DNA of 64,000 nt from Planktothrix sp. GU0601_MAG3 (GCA_035193785.1 CP136572.1:1184001-1248000), one strand, 5' to 3'; shown: positions 36,042-48,838, numbered from the stretch's first letter. Notes: generated from the sequence alone by a model not told the origin. A program made the numbers and translations.

Positions 36042-37130
36042 ATGAAAATTTTCTGTATTGATCCATTCTTACTTGCTTACCCTCGTTTTAATGAAAACAC
36101 TAATAACTCTTCAGAAGAATTTGATTCTTATCTTAATACTCTTATTGCCTGGGGAGATTTTATAGATAGTAATAGAGAAACTGAAAATATTTATGTATCT
36201 CTTTACACTGCCGAGATTTTAGCCAAAGTTAATGGATATCCAGAATGGACAGAATTAGAACAAGTAATTACTCATCTTAATTTTAACCATATACAACCTC
36301 AAGATATTCTTAATGTTATTAATAATATTCTCAACCTATCTTCTATAGAAGATAAAATTAATATAAAAGAAATTTTATATGATTATAAACAAGTTCAATG
36401 TGATCCTTTCGATTATCTTTTAGAAAGAGAGGATGATTTTCAAGAAACCTACTATAGAATAGCCATTTTAGAGCATTTGCTGGAAACCTTAGTTTATGGT
36501 CGGGTAGTTGATAAATTATTAGCTACTCGTCATAATACAAATAATAGTAAAATTATAAAATTGAAAGCCGAAATTTTAGATTATGAGTTGATTGATGAAT
36601 CAAAAATTTCCACTTTAAATAAGTCTTATTTAGTTGAAACTGAGTTAATATCTTGTGTTGATCCAGAACATCTTTCTACTTTTTTTTATCCTTCCATCTC
36701 AGAAGAAATACTAGATAGATGGAAAAAGTCAACCTCAGAGAAAGGTTACTGTGATGCTATTGAAACATATGTTATGAAAATATATGTCGATGATTTAAAA
36801 TCCAAACTCAAACAACCACTATCTTGGTTATTGGGAAGCAAATTTTTAGAAACTGTGAAAAAATTAGGTTTTACCAACGAAGATACAAGAATTAAAATGT
36901 TATTACGTTCTTGTGCGGAAACTATTTTGGAAGAAAATTTAAAAGATACTCATTGGTTGAGAACAGGTAAAGGAGCCAAGAATCCTCAAAGAGAAAGAAA
37001 AAAGGATGAAGCAAAAGCATGGAGAAGAGATATTGACTATGAATATCATCTACATTATTGGAAAAAAACAAATAATGAGATAGAATTTGCATCTATTGTC
37101 ATACATAATGATATGAAAATTCCTGAGTAG
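36042..37130 (+). CDS. Hypothetical protein, partner of the ATPase; basic C-terminal domain (possible nuclease/toxin)
   Basis: 362-aa ORF 31 bp downstream of the ATPase, same AT-rich composition; C-terminal THWLRTG...AWRRDIDYEYHLHYW...EFASIVIHND. Confidence 0.8.
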   Translation: MKIFCIDPFLLAYPRFNENTNNSSEEFDSYLNTLIAWGDFIDSNRETENIYVSLYTAEILAKVNGYPEWTELEQVITHLNFNHIQPQDILNVINNILNLSSIEDKINIKEILYDYKQVQCDPFDYLLEREDDFQETYYRIAILEHLLETLVYGRVVDKLLATRHNTNNSKIIKLKAEILDYELIDESKISTLNKSYLVETELISCVDPEHLSTFFYPSISEEILDRWKKSTSEKGYCDAIETYVMKIYVDDLKSKLKQPLSWLLGSKFLETVKKLGFTNEDTRIKMLLRSCAETILEENLKDTHWLRTGKGAKNPQRERKKDEAKAWRRDIDYEYHLHYWKKTNNEIEFASIVIHNDMKIPE

Positions 37131-37259
37131 AAATCGTCATGGGTAAAGAAAGTAACCCCATCGATTAGTCTACTATTAGACCTAAAAATATTAAATTAAA
37201 TTAGCCTCCTCCCCAACTTGGGAAAGAGGCTAGAGGGTTAGACCTTAAGATTAACCATC

Positions 37260-40200
37260 CTAAATGGCAACCGCCACAACTGCATCCGACGCTTCAGGAC
37301 TATCTTTTTCCGAAGGAGGAACAACTTGCCAGAAACTTAGGTAAATACTCCGACCAGTTCGCCAGAATAGTTTTCGCCTTCTCGCTGACCGTGTATTCCG
37401 CGTGTTGTGTGATTAACTCTTTTAACTGCCGTTCACCCATCGGCGTACTCACCCGTTGAATCTTAACGATTTCCGGGTTCACCATTTGGGGAAATTCCCC
37501 ATCTTCATCGAGGAAATAGCCCAAACCTCCGGTTTGTCCGGCGCCCACATTCCGCCCCACCTTACCGAGAACCACAACCACACCCCCGGTCATATATTCG
37601 CAACAGTGGTCGCCAGCGCCCTCAATAACGGCTTTACCCAAAGAATTCCGCACCGCGAACCGTTCTCCAGCTTTTCCGTAGGCGTATAAGGTTCCCCCGG
37701 TTGCCCCATATAAACAGGTATTCCCGATGATCACATTCTCCGAGGGGTCGTAGGTAACGGCCGCCGGGGGTTTAATAATAATCTCTCCCCCGTGCATCCC
37801 CTTCCCGACATAATCATTCGCTTCCCCCGTCAAAGTTAACTTGATTCCGGGGAGGTTGAAGGCGCCAAAACTCTGACCCGCCGCCCCTGTAAAGTCAAGA
37901 TTAATTTGGCCAGCAAAGCCATTATTTCCGTAGATAGAGGCGATTTTCCCGGCAATGCGTGTCCCCACCGTCCGGTCAGTATTCACGATCCGCAGGGTTT
38001 TGGTCACCGTCCCTTGGTTTTGAATAGCCGAGGCAATTTCCGCATCTTCTAATAACACATCATCCAACACCGGGCCGTTACTATGGATGGGTTCATGGTT
38101 TAACCAGTTGCGATCGCTCGTTACAGGCGCTTGGGTAAAGACCTCTAAATTCAGGTGTTGGGTCTTAGCCACATTCACCCCCTCCCGACGTTTTAGCAGG
38201 TCAGACCGTCCCACTAAATCCACTAATTTGCGATATCCCAACCGGGCTAAAATATGGCGGACTTCTTCGGCGACAAAATAGAAGAAATTGACCACATGGC
38301 CGGGAGTTCCTGGAAACCGTTCTCGTAGGCGTTTCCTGTTGAGACGTCACCCCCACAGGACAATTATTAGTATGGCAAATACGAGCCATAATACAGCCCT
38401 CAGCAATCATGGCAATGGTTCCGAAGCCGAATTCCTCAGCCCCCATTAAGGCTCCCATCACCACATCCCAGCCACTTTTGAAGCCGCCATCTACCCGTAA
38501 CCGCACCCGATCGCGCAGTTTATTGCCCATCAACACCCGATGAACTTCCGTTAACCCCAATTCCCAAGGACTTCCGGCGTGTTTAATGGAGGTCAGGGGA
38601 GAGGCTCCCGTCCCCCCGTCGTGGCCAGAAATTTGGATATAGTCGGCGTTGGCCTTGGCGACCCCGGCGGCAATAGTTCCAATTCCCACTTCCGCGACTA
38701 ATTTGACCGAAACTGTCGCGTTTGGGTTGATTTGGTGCAGGTCAAAGATTAATTGGGCCAGGTCTTCAATGGAATAAATATCATGGTGGGGAGGGGGAGA
38801 AATTAAGGTGACGCCGGGTTTCGACCGCCGCAACATGGCAATATATTCGCTAACTTTCTTGCCGGGGAGTTGCCCGCCTTCTCCTGGTTTGGCCCCTTGA
38901 GCCACTTTAATTTCGATGGACTGGGCATTCATCAGATATTCGGGGGTGACGCCAAACCGTCCCGACGCCACCTGTTTAATTGCTGAACTGGCACTATCCC
39001 CGTTTTGGAGTCCTTTTAAATGGGGGCGTCCGGCCGAAATCCCATTGGCATCGACATCGTTAAAAATCTTGTAGCGGGCGGGATCTTCCCCACCTTCGCC
39101 GGAGTTGGATTTTCCGCCCAAACGGTTCATGGCGATCGCTAAAACTTCATGGGCTTCGGGAGAGAGGGCCCCCAGGGACATTCCCCCGGTACAGAAGCGT
39201 TTGACAATTTCCTCGATGGGTTCGACTTCTTCGAGGGGAATGGCATCGCGATCGCTGTTGAAGTCCAACAAATCCCGTAGGGCTGTGGCTGGGCGGTTTT
39301 CTACAAATTGACGATAGAGTTCGTACAGGTCAAACTGTTGTTGTGTGACCGCACCCTCTGGAGGAGAAGACGCGCCGTGGCTCGTCTCTACGAGGGGGCC
39401 GGAACGTACTGCCTGATGGAGCAATTTTGTCATTTCGGGGGTATTTAAGTGATATTCTCCCCGCCTCATGGCATTGACAAACCCGAAGTTTTCTAACTTT
39501 TTCGCCTCTAGGGGAAACGCCTTAGCATGGAATTGATAAACCTCTTGGCTTAACTCGGAAATGCTTAAACCCCCAACCCGAGAGACTGTTCCCCGGAAAC
39601 CCATTTCCAGTAAGTCTTCCCCAATCCCAATCGCTTCAAAGATTTGCGCCCCACGATAGGAAGATAACAGAGAAATTCCCATCTTTGATAAAATCTTGAG
39701 TAACCCATCTTCGACGGCTTTTTGATAGTTTTTCTGGGCGTCTTCCATGGTCATCGGGGGGATTTTGCCCTTCGACAGATTGTTCTGAATTAGGGGACTT
39801 GACCACCAATAGCGCACGGTTTCTAGGGCTATGTAGGGACAAATTGCCGAAGCCCCATAACCGACTAAACAGGCAAAATGATGGGTACTCCAACATTGGG
39901 CCGTTTCCACCACCAGGGAGGCTTGTAACCGTTTGCCAATTTTAATTAAATAGTGGTGAACTGCTCCCACGGCCAACAACGGCGGAATATAGGTCTGTTC
40001 GGCCGTTAATCCGCGATCGGACAGAATAATAATTTCTTGGCCCTGATCCACCGCTTCGGCGGCTTTTTCACAGAGTCGGGTGAGGGCGATCGCACAACCA
40101 TTTGGCCCCCCTTCCAAACCATAGAGGGTAGACAGGGTAATTCCGGGAAAATCCGACTGACGCAAGGCTTCTAACTCGGCCTCATTCAACAGGGGGGAGT

Positions 40201-41964
40201 TGATTTTATACAGTCGGGCGTCTTCGGGTTTGAGATCTAACAAATTGCCCCGTTTCCCTAACTGCATGGAGAGGGACATCACAATCCGTTCTCGCAACGG
40301 ATCAATCGGTGGGTTTGTTACCTGAGCAAATCGTTGTTTAAAGTAGTTATACAACAACTGGGGTTTATCAGAAAGCACCGCTAGGGGCGTATCATCCCCC
40401 ATACAAAAGGTCGCTTCCTTGGCCGTACCCGCCATATCGGCAATTTGGATATCCACATCCTCAGCCCCGTAACCAAAGGCGGTTTGCTGTTGCAGGAGGG
40501 CGTCCGGTGCTAATTGTTTTTCACCAATAAAGGGTTGGGGCGGCGCGTCTTGGCGATATTGTTGTAACCATTCCCGATAGGGATGTTCATGGGCGACCCG
40601 TTGTTTGATCTGCCAATTTTTTAGGACTTCATGGGTACTCAAGTCCACCGCAATCATTTGTCCAGGCCCTAAACGGCCTTTTTCCTGAATTTGGTCTTCG
40701 GGAATATCCACCACCCCGGCTTCCGAGGAAACCATGATCACGCCATCTTTGGTGATACAGTAACGGGCCGGACGCAGGCCATTGCGATCCAAACAGGCCC
40801 CAATTTGTTTACCATCACTGAAGACTAATAAAGCTGGGCCATCCCAAGGTTCTTGGATGCCGCTATAATATTCGTAAAAATCCGTAATTTCCGGTAAGTC
40901 TTTTAAGTTAGGCTGGTTTTGATAGGCTTCGGGAACCATAATCATCAGCGCTTCTAAGGGACAGCGCCCAGTTCTCACCAGCAACTCCAGGCAATTATCT
41001 AAATTAGCCGAGTCGCTATTAGTAGCGTCCACAAAGGGAATTAGGGTTTTTAAGCGATCGCCCCAAACCGGATGGGATAGGACATTTTCCCGTGCCCGCA
41101 TCCAGTTAATATTACCCAACAGCGTATTAATTTCCCCATTATGCCCCAACAGTCGCATCGGTTGGGCCAGGGGCCAGCGTGGCATCGTATTGGTACTGAA
41201 GCGACGATGATAAACCGCGAAATTGCTCTTATAGTCGGGGTTAATTAAATCTAAATAAAATTCTCCCAGGATCGCCGATCGCACCATGCCTTTATAGACA
41301 ATAGTACGGCAGGAAAAAGAACAAATATAAATATCCTCACCCCAGACTAACCCATCCTGTTTCAAGGCTACCCCAGAAGATCGACGGGCTAAAAACAGTT
41401 GTCTGTCTAAATCATCCCCCGTATTCCCCTTAGCCGAATAAACAATAATTTGTTCAATGCGGGGTTGATTTTCCCGCGCCTGTATACCCCCAGGACTTCC
41501 GGTTTAACCGGGACTTCTCGCCAACCGACAACCGCTAATTCCTCTTGTTTGAGGTCAGTTTCAATAATTGCACGGGCTTTAATGGCCAAATCAGTATCTT
41601 GGGGTAAAAACACCATCCCCACCCCATACTTGCATTCTGGCTCTTGTAAAATATCGATATTGTGTTCAGCAAACCAAGAAGCTAACAACTCCCAGGGAAT
41701 GGCGGTCATGATCCCTGCCCCATCCCCGGAGTCCTGGTCTGCACTACAGCCGCCCCGATGTTCTAAACAGGTTAGGGCGGGTAGGGCTGTTTGAATAATA
41801 GAATGGCTGGCACCCCCGGATGGGTTGGCAATAAATCCCACCCCGCAGGCATCTCTTTCTTCCACTAACCAAGGTTGACCAGGGTAGGGGTAGCCCATAC
41901 TTCCTGCTATGCACTCTTGTTGATGGTTTGGTTGTGGGTTGTGATTAACTTTGGTGTTATCCAT
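37260..41964 (-). CDS. gltB: Ferredoxin-dependent glutamate synthase GlsF/GltB (three frameshifts)
   Basis: [67 protein letters not shown]-terminal domain. Confidence 0.97.
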
Positions 41965-42370
41965 ATCTTGATTCTATTGAGTGAGGATGCTCGAAGTGAT
42001 GACGATCAAAGAGGGACGCTTAAAGCGAGTCAGGAAGCTCTGAGTCCATCAGGGCTTCGCCAACGCACTGCCTACGGAAATTTTTTTTGAGAGCGGGATG
42101 AGAGGATGAAAAAAGTTTAAGTCCTACTTGACATTTTAAGAATAAAATTGTAGCCAAAATTTACATCGGGCGCAAAAACCCTAGTCCACCTAGCATACAC
42201 TGAATTGGGTTACGGTATCGTCAGAATTCTAGGATCTATTGGCAAATCAAATTGTTAAACCTGAACAGTTTGCGGTTAAATCTTGACCAACTCTGGCCAA
42301 TTATTTGGGGCTTTCTTCGATTTTTATTATCGGGTTGAATTTTGTTCAATATAGGATTTAGGACAGCGAT

Positions 42371-44386
42371 ATGTTTAATTTTAATTCAATTAAAAAACAG
42401 AGAAATATTATTTTGTTTTTAAGTATTATTGGGTTAAGTGTTCTACCCATTGCTGCCATTGCCGAACCCCAAATAAATCCCAATCAACAACGGGGAAACA
42501 AAATTGAAATTAATGGTAATTTAATTAATATTCCTTGGCATATTGATCAATCTCATGGTAACTCCAAAATTGCTATTAAAGTTAGTGATATTGGATTAAT
42601 GCAGAATCTGGGAATTGATCTCCTCGATACTAATAATAGTTCCCAACAACCGATTCAATGGTTTTCTTCTCAATCTACTTTATCGGCGGAATATATTAAT
42701 CCCCATCGCTATTTAGATTTATCGAATTTTGCTGCATCTTCCCAATGGCAAATCAAACCGGAGGGAAGCAACTTAAAAATTACTATTCCTCCTTCTAATA
42801 TTCAATCTTTGCTTATTGAATCCTTATCTGTAGATAGTAATTCACCTCAAACTGATTCTACATTTTCTCCTAAAAAAATTATTATTGAACTCGATAAACC
42901 CACTTTTTGGCAACAACCTAAACCAGAAATCAAAAAGCGATCGCCTTCTAATCCCTCGCCACCTTCCCCACCCCTAACGGATGATCCTAAAACCCGTAAT
43001 CCCACTAACTCTCCTCAACCTGTTACTCCAGTTTTACAAGATTGGATTCTAACTTTAGATGCTAATATTACCCCCAAACTTTTATCCGATAGTCCAGAAT
43101 TTTTTCAGCCTAGTATTCCGACAAAAAGCCCAAATTTAATTCCGCCCAATCCTAATTCTACTAATCTACAATTACACTCTCAAAATAATCAAACTCAAAT
43201 TAAATTTAGTATTCCTCCCGGTTGGCGTCCGGTGGTCACTACCTCCAACTCCCCCCATCGTTTGGTAATTGAAATTAAGCCAGATTTTCTCACCCCCAAA
43301 AATATTTTATGGCAACCTGGTATTAGATGGAGACAGGACTATATTAAAATTCCTAAAAATCAGGCATCTTTAGGATCTTTACTCAATCAAATTTTAAAAC
43401 ATTCTGAATCCTCAGTTGATCAATTTCCGGTGTATTGGTTAGAAATTAATATCAATCAACCCGACATTAACCTAACTCCAATTTTAAGTAATCCTGATGC
43501 TCGTCAAGGCACTTCAGCCTTATTAGATATCGCACAACAAGCAAAAGTTCCCGCAGCTATTAATGGAGGTTTTTTTAATCGAAATAATCAACTACCATTA
43601 GGAGCAATTCGGTTGAATGATAATTGGTTATCCAGTCCGATTTTAAATCGAGGAGTCATAGCTTGGGGAAAGGATAAACCTATTTTAATGAATCGTTTAA
43701 TCTTGAAAGAAACCCTAACTACAACTTCCGGGGAAACCGTCCCTTTGCAATATCTCAATAGTGCTTATATTCAATCTGGAATTTCTCGCTATAATTCCGA
43801 CTGGGGAAAATCCTATAGCCCAATTAACCAGCAAGAAAATATTATTGTAGTTGAAAATAACCAAATTACCCGTTATATTGAACCCAATAAACCAGGATCA
43901 TCTGTTGTTAATATTCCAACTCAGGGTTATTTATTAGTTGTCCGAGGTAATCCCGAATTATTGAAATTATTACCCGTCGGAACTCGTGTACAATTAAATA
44001 GCCAAACTGCACCCAATGAATATCAAAATTATCCTAATATTTTAGGAGCCGGGCCGTTATTAATTCAGAATCGTCAAATTGTTTTAGATGCCGCTCAAGA
44101 ACGATTTAATCCCGCCTTTCAACAACAAAAAGCCATTCGGAGTGCGATCGCAATTACCAATAATAATACCTTACTTCTGGTGGCCGTCCATAACCGTCCC
44201 AATGGTTCCGGCCCCAGTCTAGCAGAACTGGCTCAAATCCTGCAAAAATTAGGAGCCGTAACCGCCCTGAATTTAGACGGGGGAAGTTCCACCAGTCTCT
44301 ACTTAGGAGGATATTATTTAGACCGTCCTTTCTCCACCGTAGCACCTGTTCATAACGGTCTAGGAATTGCCATCACAGATCATTAG
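42371..44386 (+). CDS. Secreted phosphodiester glycosidase-family (NAGPA/DUF2233) protein
   Basis: Signal peptide, AAINGGFF, GAGPLL, RSAI, ALNLDGGSST. Confidence 0.9.
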   Translation: MFNFNSIKKQRNIILFLSIIGLSVLPIAAIAEPQINPNQQRGNKIEINGNLINIPWHIDQSHGNSKIAIKVSDIGLMQNLGIDLLDTNNSSQQPIQWFSSQSTLSAEYINPHRYLDLSNFAASSQWQIKPEGSNLKITIPPSNIQSLLIESLSVDSNSPQTDSTFSPKKIIIELDKPTFWQQPKPEIKKRSPSNPSPPSPPLTDDPKTRNPTNSPQPVTPVLQDWILTLDANITPKLLSDSPEFFQPSIPTKSPNLIPPNPNSTNLQLHSQNNQTQIKFSIPPGWRPVVTTSNSPHRLVIEIKPDFLTPKNILWQPGIRWRQDYIKIPKNQASLGSLLNQILKHSESSVDQFPVYWLEININQPDINLTPILSNPDARQGTSALLDIAQQAKVPAAINGGFFNRNNQLPLGAIRLNDNWLSSPILNRGVIAWGKDKPILMNRLILKETLTTTSGETVPLQYLNSAYIQSGISRYNSDWGKSYSPINQQENIIVVENNQITRYIEPNKPGSSVVNIPTQGYLLVVRGNPELLKLLPVGTRVQLNSQTAPNEYQNYPNILGAGPLLIQNRQIVLDAAQERFNPAFQQQKAIRSAIAITNNNTLLLVAVHNRPNGSGPSLAELAQILQKLGAVTALNLDGGSSTSLYLGGYYLDRPFSTVAPVHNGLGIAITDH

Positions 44387-44557
44387 GGGTGAAATCAGAT
44401 TATGATAGATAACATAGTCAGCAGGGTGTATTTGCTCTTAGTAGTGGTGGGGAGTATTCTGGAGAACGCATAAGGGCCATCCAATGGCCTATGAATACCA
44501 CCCCAGGCTTCAATACCAATTCAACTTAGGTAAAATCTTTAATAGGGAAATAGGATT

Positions 44558-44974
44558 ATGGTAGCAGTCAAGGAAAGTGTGGGAAATTCTAAAGCCTCCG
44601 CCGAGAATACCCCCAGCATCGGTAATGCTCCCACGGAATTGAGACCCTGGGGATCATTTACAACCTTGGAAGAAGGGCCAGGATATAAAATTAAACGCAT
44701 TGAGGTTAAACCAGGTCATCGTCTGAGTTTACAGATGCACCACCATCGGAGTGAGCACTGGATTGTGGTGGCCGGAACCGCTAAAGTAGTTTGTGGAGAC
44801 AGTGAACAGGTTTTATTCTCTAACCAGTCCACCTATGTTCCCCAATGTACCTCCCACCGTTTGGAAAATCCCGGGGTGATTCCTCTAGTATTAATTGAAG
44901 TCCAGAACGGGGAATATTTGGGAGAGGATGATATTATCCGATTCCAAGATGACTATGCTCGCACCCCCGCTTAA
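44558..44974 (+). CDS. Mannose-6-phosphate isomerase type II C-terminal cupin protein
   Basis: RPWGSF, RLSLQMHHHRSEHWIVV, HRLENPG, IEVQNGEYLGEDDIIRFQDDY. Confidence 0.93.
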   Translation: MVAVKESVGNSKASAENTPSIGNAPTELRPWGSFTTLEEGPGYKIKRIEVKPGHRLSLQMHHHRSEHWIVVAGTAKVVCGDSEQVLFSNQSTYVPQCTSHRLENPGVIPLVLIEVQNGEYLGEDDIIRFQDDYARTPA

Positions 44975-45041
44975 AGCGCACCAAAAACCCATATTTCCGG
45001 TAATCTAAAAATAGATTAACGTTTCTGTGAGTAGGTGTTCC

Positions 45042-45371
45042 ATGATTTCTCTGAGTCCAGCAGCCACTCGTGAGGTGCTCCGCCTCCAGTCCAAGCAAAA
45101 TAATCCCCATCTATCCTTTCGTCTTGGGGTACAAAGGGGCGGCTGTTGCGACTGGTCTTATACCATGGGATTTGATGAAACCCAGCAATTGAGCGATATC
45201 GTTTATCAGTTTGAGCAAATTAAAATTCTGGTTGAGCCTGAAAATTTAAAGTACCTGGACAACCTAACCATTGACTATTCTGAAGACTTAATGGGGGGTG
45301 GGTTTCGCTTCCAAAACCCCAACACCACCCAAAGCTGTAGCTGTGGCTATTCCTTTGTCGCCAAATCTTAA
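45042..45371 (+). CDS. iscA: Fe-S cluster assembly accessory protein (IscA/HesB family)
   Basis: RLGV..GGC..WSY, IDYSEDLMGGGFRF.NPN...SCSCG.SF. Confidence 0.9.
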   Translation: MISLSPAATREVLRLQSKQNNPHLSFRLGVQRGGCCDWSYTMGFDETQQLSDIVYQFEQIKILVEPENLKYLDNLTIDYSEDLMGGGFRFQNPNTTQSCSCGYSFVAKS

Positions 45372-45390
45372 TACATATACTGCATTCTTT

Positions 45391-45441
45391 CCCCATTCGT
45401 AATTCGTAATTCATAATTCGTAATTCATAATTCCCCATTCC
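45391..45441. repeat. Heptamer tandem repeat (TAATTCG/TAATTCA)
   Basis: cattcgtaattcgtaattcataattcgtaattcataattcc; the reverse complement of the same unit occurs at 62347-62383. Confidence 0.85.
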
Positions 45442-45611
45442 TACAAAATCGAATTTGCCAAAAGTGGTGATCTAGGTTATTATGATCTTTTGGGTGTCAA
45501 CATCTGACCATACTTTTGAAAGAAAGTCCCGTCCCCAGGTAGGGGAGGGGTATTTCAGTGGAGATACCTCAAAACTTCAAATTGCCTAATCATTTCAGTA
45601 TGTCGTAACTC

Positions 45612-45983
45612 ATGCCCACTATCCAGCAACTAATTCGTTCTGCACGGGAACAGACTCAGAAGAAAACCAAATCGCCCGCCCTAAAGAGTTGCCCTCAACG
45701 GCGGGGAGTCTGTACAAGGGTTTATACAACCACCCCTAAAAAACCTAATTCCGCGCTGCGTAAGGTGGCAAGGGTGCGGCTGACCTCTGGCTATGAAGTG
45801 ACAGCATATATTCCGGGTATTGGTCACAACTTGCAAGAACACTCCGTAGTAATGATTCGAGGCGGTCGGGTGAAAGATTTGCCTGGGGTTCGATATCACA
45901 TTATTCGCGGAACATTAGATACGGCGGGAGTCAAAGATCGTCGTCAAGGACGCTCGAAGTATGGTGCCAAGCGTCCTAAATAG
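45612..45983 (+). CDS. rpsL: 30S ribosomal protein S12
   Basis: [29 protein letters not shown]. Confidence 0.99.
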   Translation: MPTIQQLIRSAREQTQKKTKSPALKSCPQRRGVCTRVYTTTPKKPNSALRKVARVRLTSGYEVTAYIPGIGHNLQEHSVVMIRGGRVKDLPGVRYHIIRGTLDTAGVKDRRQGRSKYGAKRPK

Positions 45984-46115
45984 GGGCTTTGAGTCAGGGC
46001 TAAGTTAAATCCTGTGCCGATGCTGTTGGAGCAAGACTAACAACATTAGGCCTTTGTTGACTTATCCCCATCGCTGAAAATCTGAAATTATCTATTGTGT
46101 TAAGGAAGATACAAT

Positions 46116-46586
46116 ATGTCTCGTCGCAGAGTTGTGCAGAAGCGTCCGATCCCCGTGGATCCGGTCTATAACAGTCGCTTAATTAGCATGATGGTACGTC
46201 GCATCATGAAGCACGGAAAGAAATCCATTGCCTACCGGATCATTTATCAGGCTTTGAAAACAATCGAAGAAAGAACCGGTTCAGAGCCTCTTGAGGTCTT
46301 TGAAAAAGCCATTCGGAATGCGACTCCTCTCGTAGAAGTCAAAGCCCGGCGGGTGGGTGGTGCGACCTATCAGGTTCCCATGGAAGTTCGCTCAGAACGA
46401 GGAACAGCTTTAGCCCTACGTTGGTTAATTCAATATGCTAGAGCCAGAACCGGACGTTCTATGTCCTTGCGATTGGCGAATGAACTGATGGATGCCGCTA
46501 ACGAAACTGGAAGTGCAGTTCGTAAACGGGAAGAAACTCACCGGATGGCAGAAGCAAATAAAGCCTTTGCCCATTATCGGTACTAA
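46116..46586 (+). CDS. rpsG: 30S ribosomal protein S7
   Basis: [26 protein letters not shown]. Confidence 0.99.
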   Translation: MSRRRVVQKRPIPVDPVYNSRLISMMVRRIMKHGKKSIAYRIIYQALKTIEERTGSEPLEVFEKAIRNATPLVEVKARRVGGATYQVPMEVRSERGTALALRWLIQYARARTGRSMSLRLANELMDAANETGSAVRKREETHRMAEANKAFAHYRY

Positions 46587-46654
46587 AAAAATGGATAGTA
46601 GTGATATCCGTAAACGTATAAAATCTTAATAAAGGTTTAAAAAAGGAGGTAGCT

Positions 46655-48730
46655 GTGGCACGTACCGTCCCGCTTGAGAGAGTACGGAACATTGGTATTG
46701 CAGCCCACATTGATGCGGGCAAGACAACCACAACGGAGCGGATTCTATTCTACTCCGGCATGGTTCATAAAATGGGCGAAGTCCATGAAGGAACAGCAGT
46801 AACCGACTGGATGGCTCAAGAGCGGGAGCGTGGAATTACCATCACGGCTGCCGCTATTACCACCAGTTGGGACGATCATAAGATCAATATCATTGACACT
46901 CCGGGTCACGTTGACTTCACCATTGAAGTGGAACGTTCGATGCGGGTGTTAGACGGTGTGATTGCTGTCTTTTGTTCAGTCGGCGGTGTACAACCCCAGT
47001 CTGAAACTGTTTGGAGACAAGCCGAACGCTATAAAGTTCCTCGGATCGTCTTTGTGAACAAGATGGATCGCACGGGTGCGAACTTTTTCAAAGTTTATGA
47101 GCAAATCCGCGATCGCTTAAGGGCGAATGCCGTTCCGATCCAGATCCCGATTGGGAGTGAAGACAACTTCCAGGGATTAGTGGACTTGGTAGAGATGAAA
47201 GCTTATATCTATACCAATGACAAAGGAACGGATATCGAAATCACCGATAATATTCCCGAAGCCGTCAGACAGATAGCTGAGGAATATCGGGTGAAACTGG
47301 TGGAGTCAGTTTCAGAAACCGACGATCACCTGATGGAGAAGTACCTGGAAGGGGAAGAACTGACTAACGAAGAAATTCGGTTGCAGTTACGCAAAGGCAC
47401 AATTGCAGGAAAAATTGTTCCGCTTCTGTGTGGTTCCGCCTTCAAAAACAAAGGGGTACAAAAACTTTTAGATGCGGTGGTTTCCTACCTACCAGCCCCC
47501 ACAGAAGTTCCTCCGATCCAAGGAACCCTGCCCAGTGGTGATATTGACGTTCGTTATGCCAATGACGAAGCGCCTTTATCGGCTTTAGCGTTCAAGATCA
47601 TGGCCGATCCCTATGGCCGTTTGACCTTCGTTCGAGTCTATTCCGGTGTGCTGCAAAAGGGTAGTTATATCCTGAACTCCAGCAAAGATAAAAAAGAACG
47701 GATTTCTCGCTTGATTGTTCTTAAAGCTGACGATCGAATAGAAGTCGATGAACTGCGGGCTGGAGACCTCGGGGCCGCCTTGGGTTTGAAAGATACCCTC
47801 ACCGGTGATACCCTCTGTGATGATGGGAAACCGATTATTTTGGAATCTCTGTTCATCCCCGAACCCGTGATTTCCGTGGCGGTGGAACCCAAAACCAAAC
47901 AGGATATGGAGAAACTCTCCAAAGCTCTCCAATCTCTGTCAGAGGAAGATCCGACCTTCCGGGTTTCCGTGGATTCCGAGACTAACCAAACCGTAATTGC
48001 CGGGATGGGCGAACTTCACTTAGAAATTCTGGTTGACCGGATGTTACGCGAGTTCAAGGTGGAAGCTAACGTGGGTGCACCCCAGGTGGCCTATCGAGAA
48101 ACTATCCGTGAATCGGTGAAGGCCGAAGGGAAGTTCATCCGTCAAAGTGGTGGTAAAGGTCAATACGGTCACGTTGTGATCAATCTCGAACCGGGTGAAC
48201 CGGGTAGCGGGTTTGAATTTGTTTCCAAAATCGTTGGGGGAACTGTACCGAAAGAGTACATCAACCCGGCGGAACAAGGGATGAAAGAAGCCTGCGAAAC
48301 TGGAGTAGTTGCGGGTTATCCTCTGATTGACTTGAAAGCAACTCTGGTTGATGGCTCTTACCACGATGTAGACTCCTCCGAAATGGCTTTCAAAATCGCT
48401 GGTTCCATGGCGTTGAAAGCCGCCGCTAATAAGGCTAAACCCGTCTTATTAGAGCCAATGATGAAGGTTGAGGTGGAAGTACCTGAAGACTTCATTGGTA
48501 ACGTGATTGGGGATTTGAACTCTCGCCGGGGCCAAATCGAGGGTCAAGGAACAGAACAGGGTATTGCCAAAGTCACCGCTAAGGTTCCCTTAGCTCAGAT
48601 GTTTGGTTATGCCACGGATATCCGTTCCAAAACCCAAGGTCGGGGGATTTTCACCATGGAGTTTAGCCACTATGAGGAAGTTCCTCGTAGCGTTGCTGAA
48701 GCCATTGTTGCCAAAAATAAAGGCAACTAA
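46655..48730 (+). CDS. fusA: Elongation factor G
   Basis: [31 protein letters not shown] start with AGGAGG RBS. Confidence 0.99.
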   Translation: MARTVPLERVRNIGIAAHIDAGKTTTTERILFYSGMVHKMGEVHEGTAVTDWMAQERERGITITAAAITTSWDDHKINIIDTPGHVDFTIEVERSMRVLDGVIAVFCSVGGVQPQSETVWRQAERYKVPRIVFVNKMDRTGANFFKVYEQIRDRLRANAVPIQIPIGSEDNFQGLVDLVEMKAYIYTNDKGTDIEITDNIPEAVRQIAEEYRVKLVESVSETDDHLMEKYLEGEELTNEEIRLQLRKGTIAGKIVPLLCGSAFKNKGVQKLLDAVVSYLPAPTEVPPIQGTLPSGDIDVRYANDEAPLSALAFKIMADPYGRLTFVRVYSGVLQKGSYILNSSKDKKERISRLIVLKADDRIEVDELRAGDLGAALGLKDTLTGDTLCDDGKPIILESLFIPEPVISVAVEPKTKQDMEKLSKALQSLSEEDPTFRVSVDSETNQTVIAGMGELHLEILVDRMLREFKVEANVGAPQVAYRETIRESVKAEGKFIRQSGGKGQYGHVVINLEPGEPGSGFEFVSKIVGGTVPKEYINPAEQGMKEACETGVVAGYPLIDLKATLVDGSYHDVDSSEMAFKIAGSMALKAAANKAKPVLLEPMMKVEVEVPEDFIGNVIGDLNSRRGQIEGQGTEQGIAKVTAKVPLAQMFGYATDIRSKTQGRGIFTMEFSHYEEVPRSVAEAIVAKNKGN

Positions 48731-48838
48731 ATCGGCTCTGGGGGTTTGGGTAATAGTTAATGGTTAATCACCAGGAACTATTACCTGACCAGGTGCCCAC
48801 CATTATTTTTCTTGAAAACTTTCAATTCTTAACTGAAA

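Noticed and set aside
42024..42078. GGGCTTCGCCAACGC / GCCTACGG resembling a HIP1-associated small repeat
   Set aside because: Only partial similarity and no split HIP1 flanks.
42150..42164. Possible NtcA site upstream of gltB (GTA...TAC)
   Set aside because: Spacing is 9 nt rather than the canonical GTA-N8-TAC.
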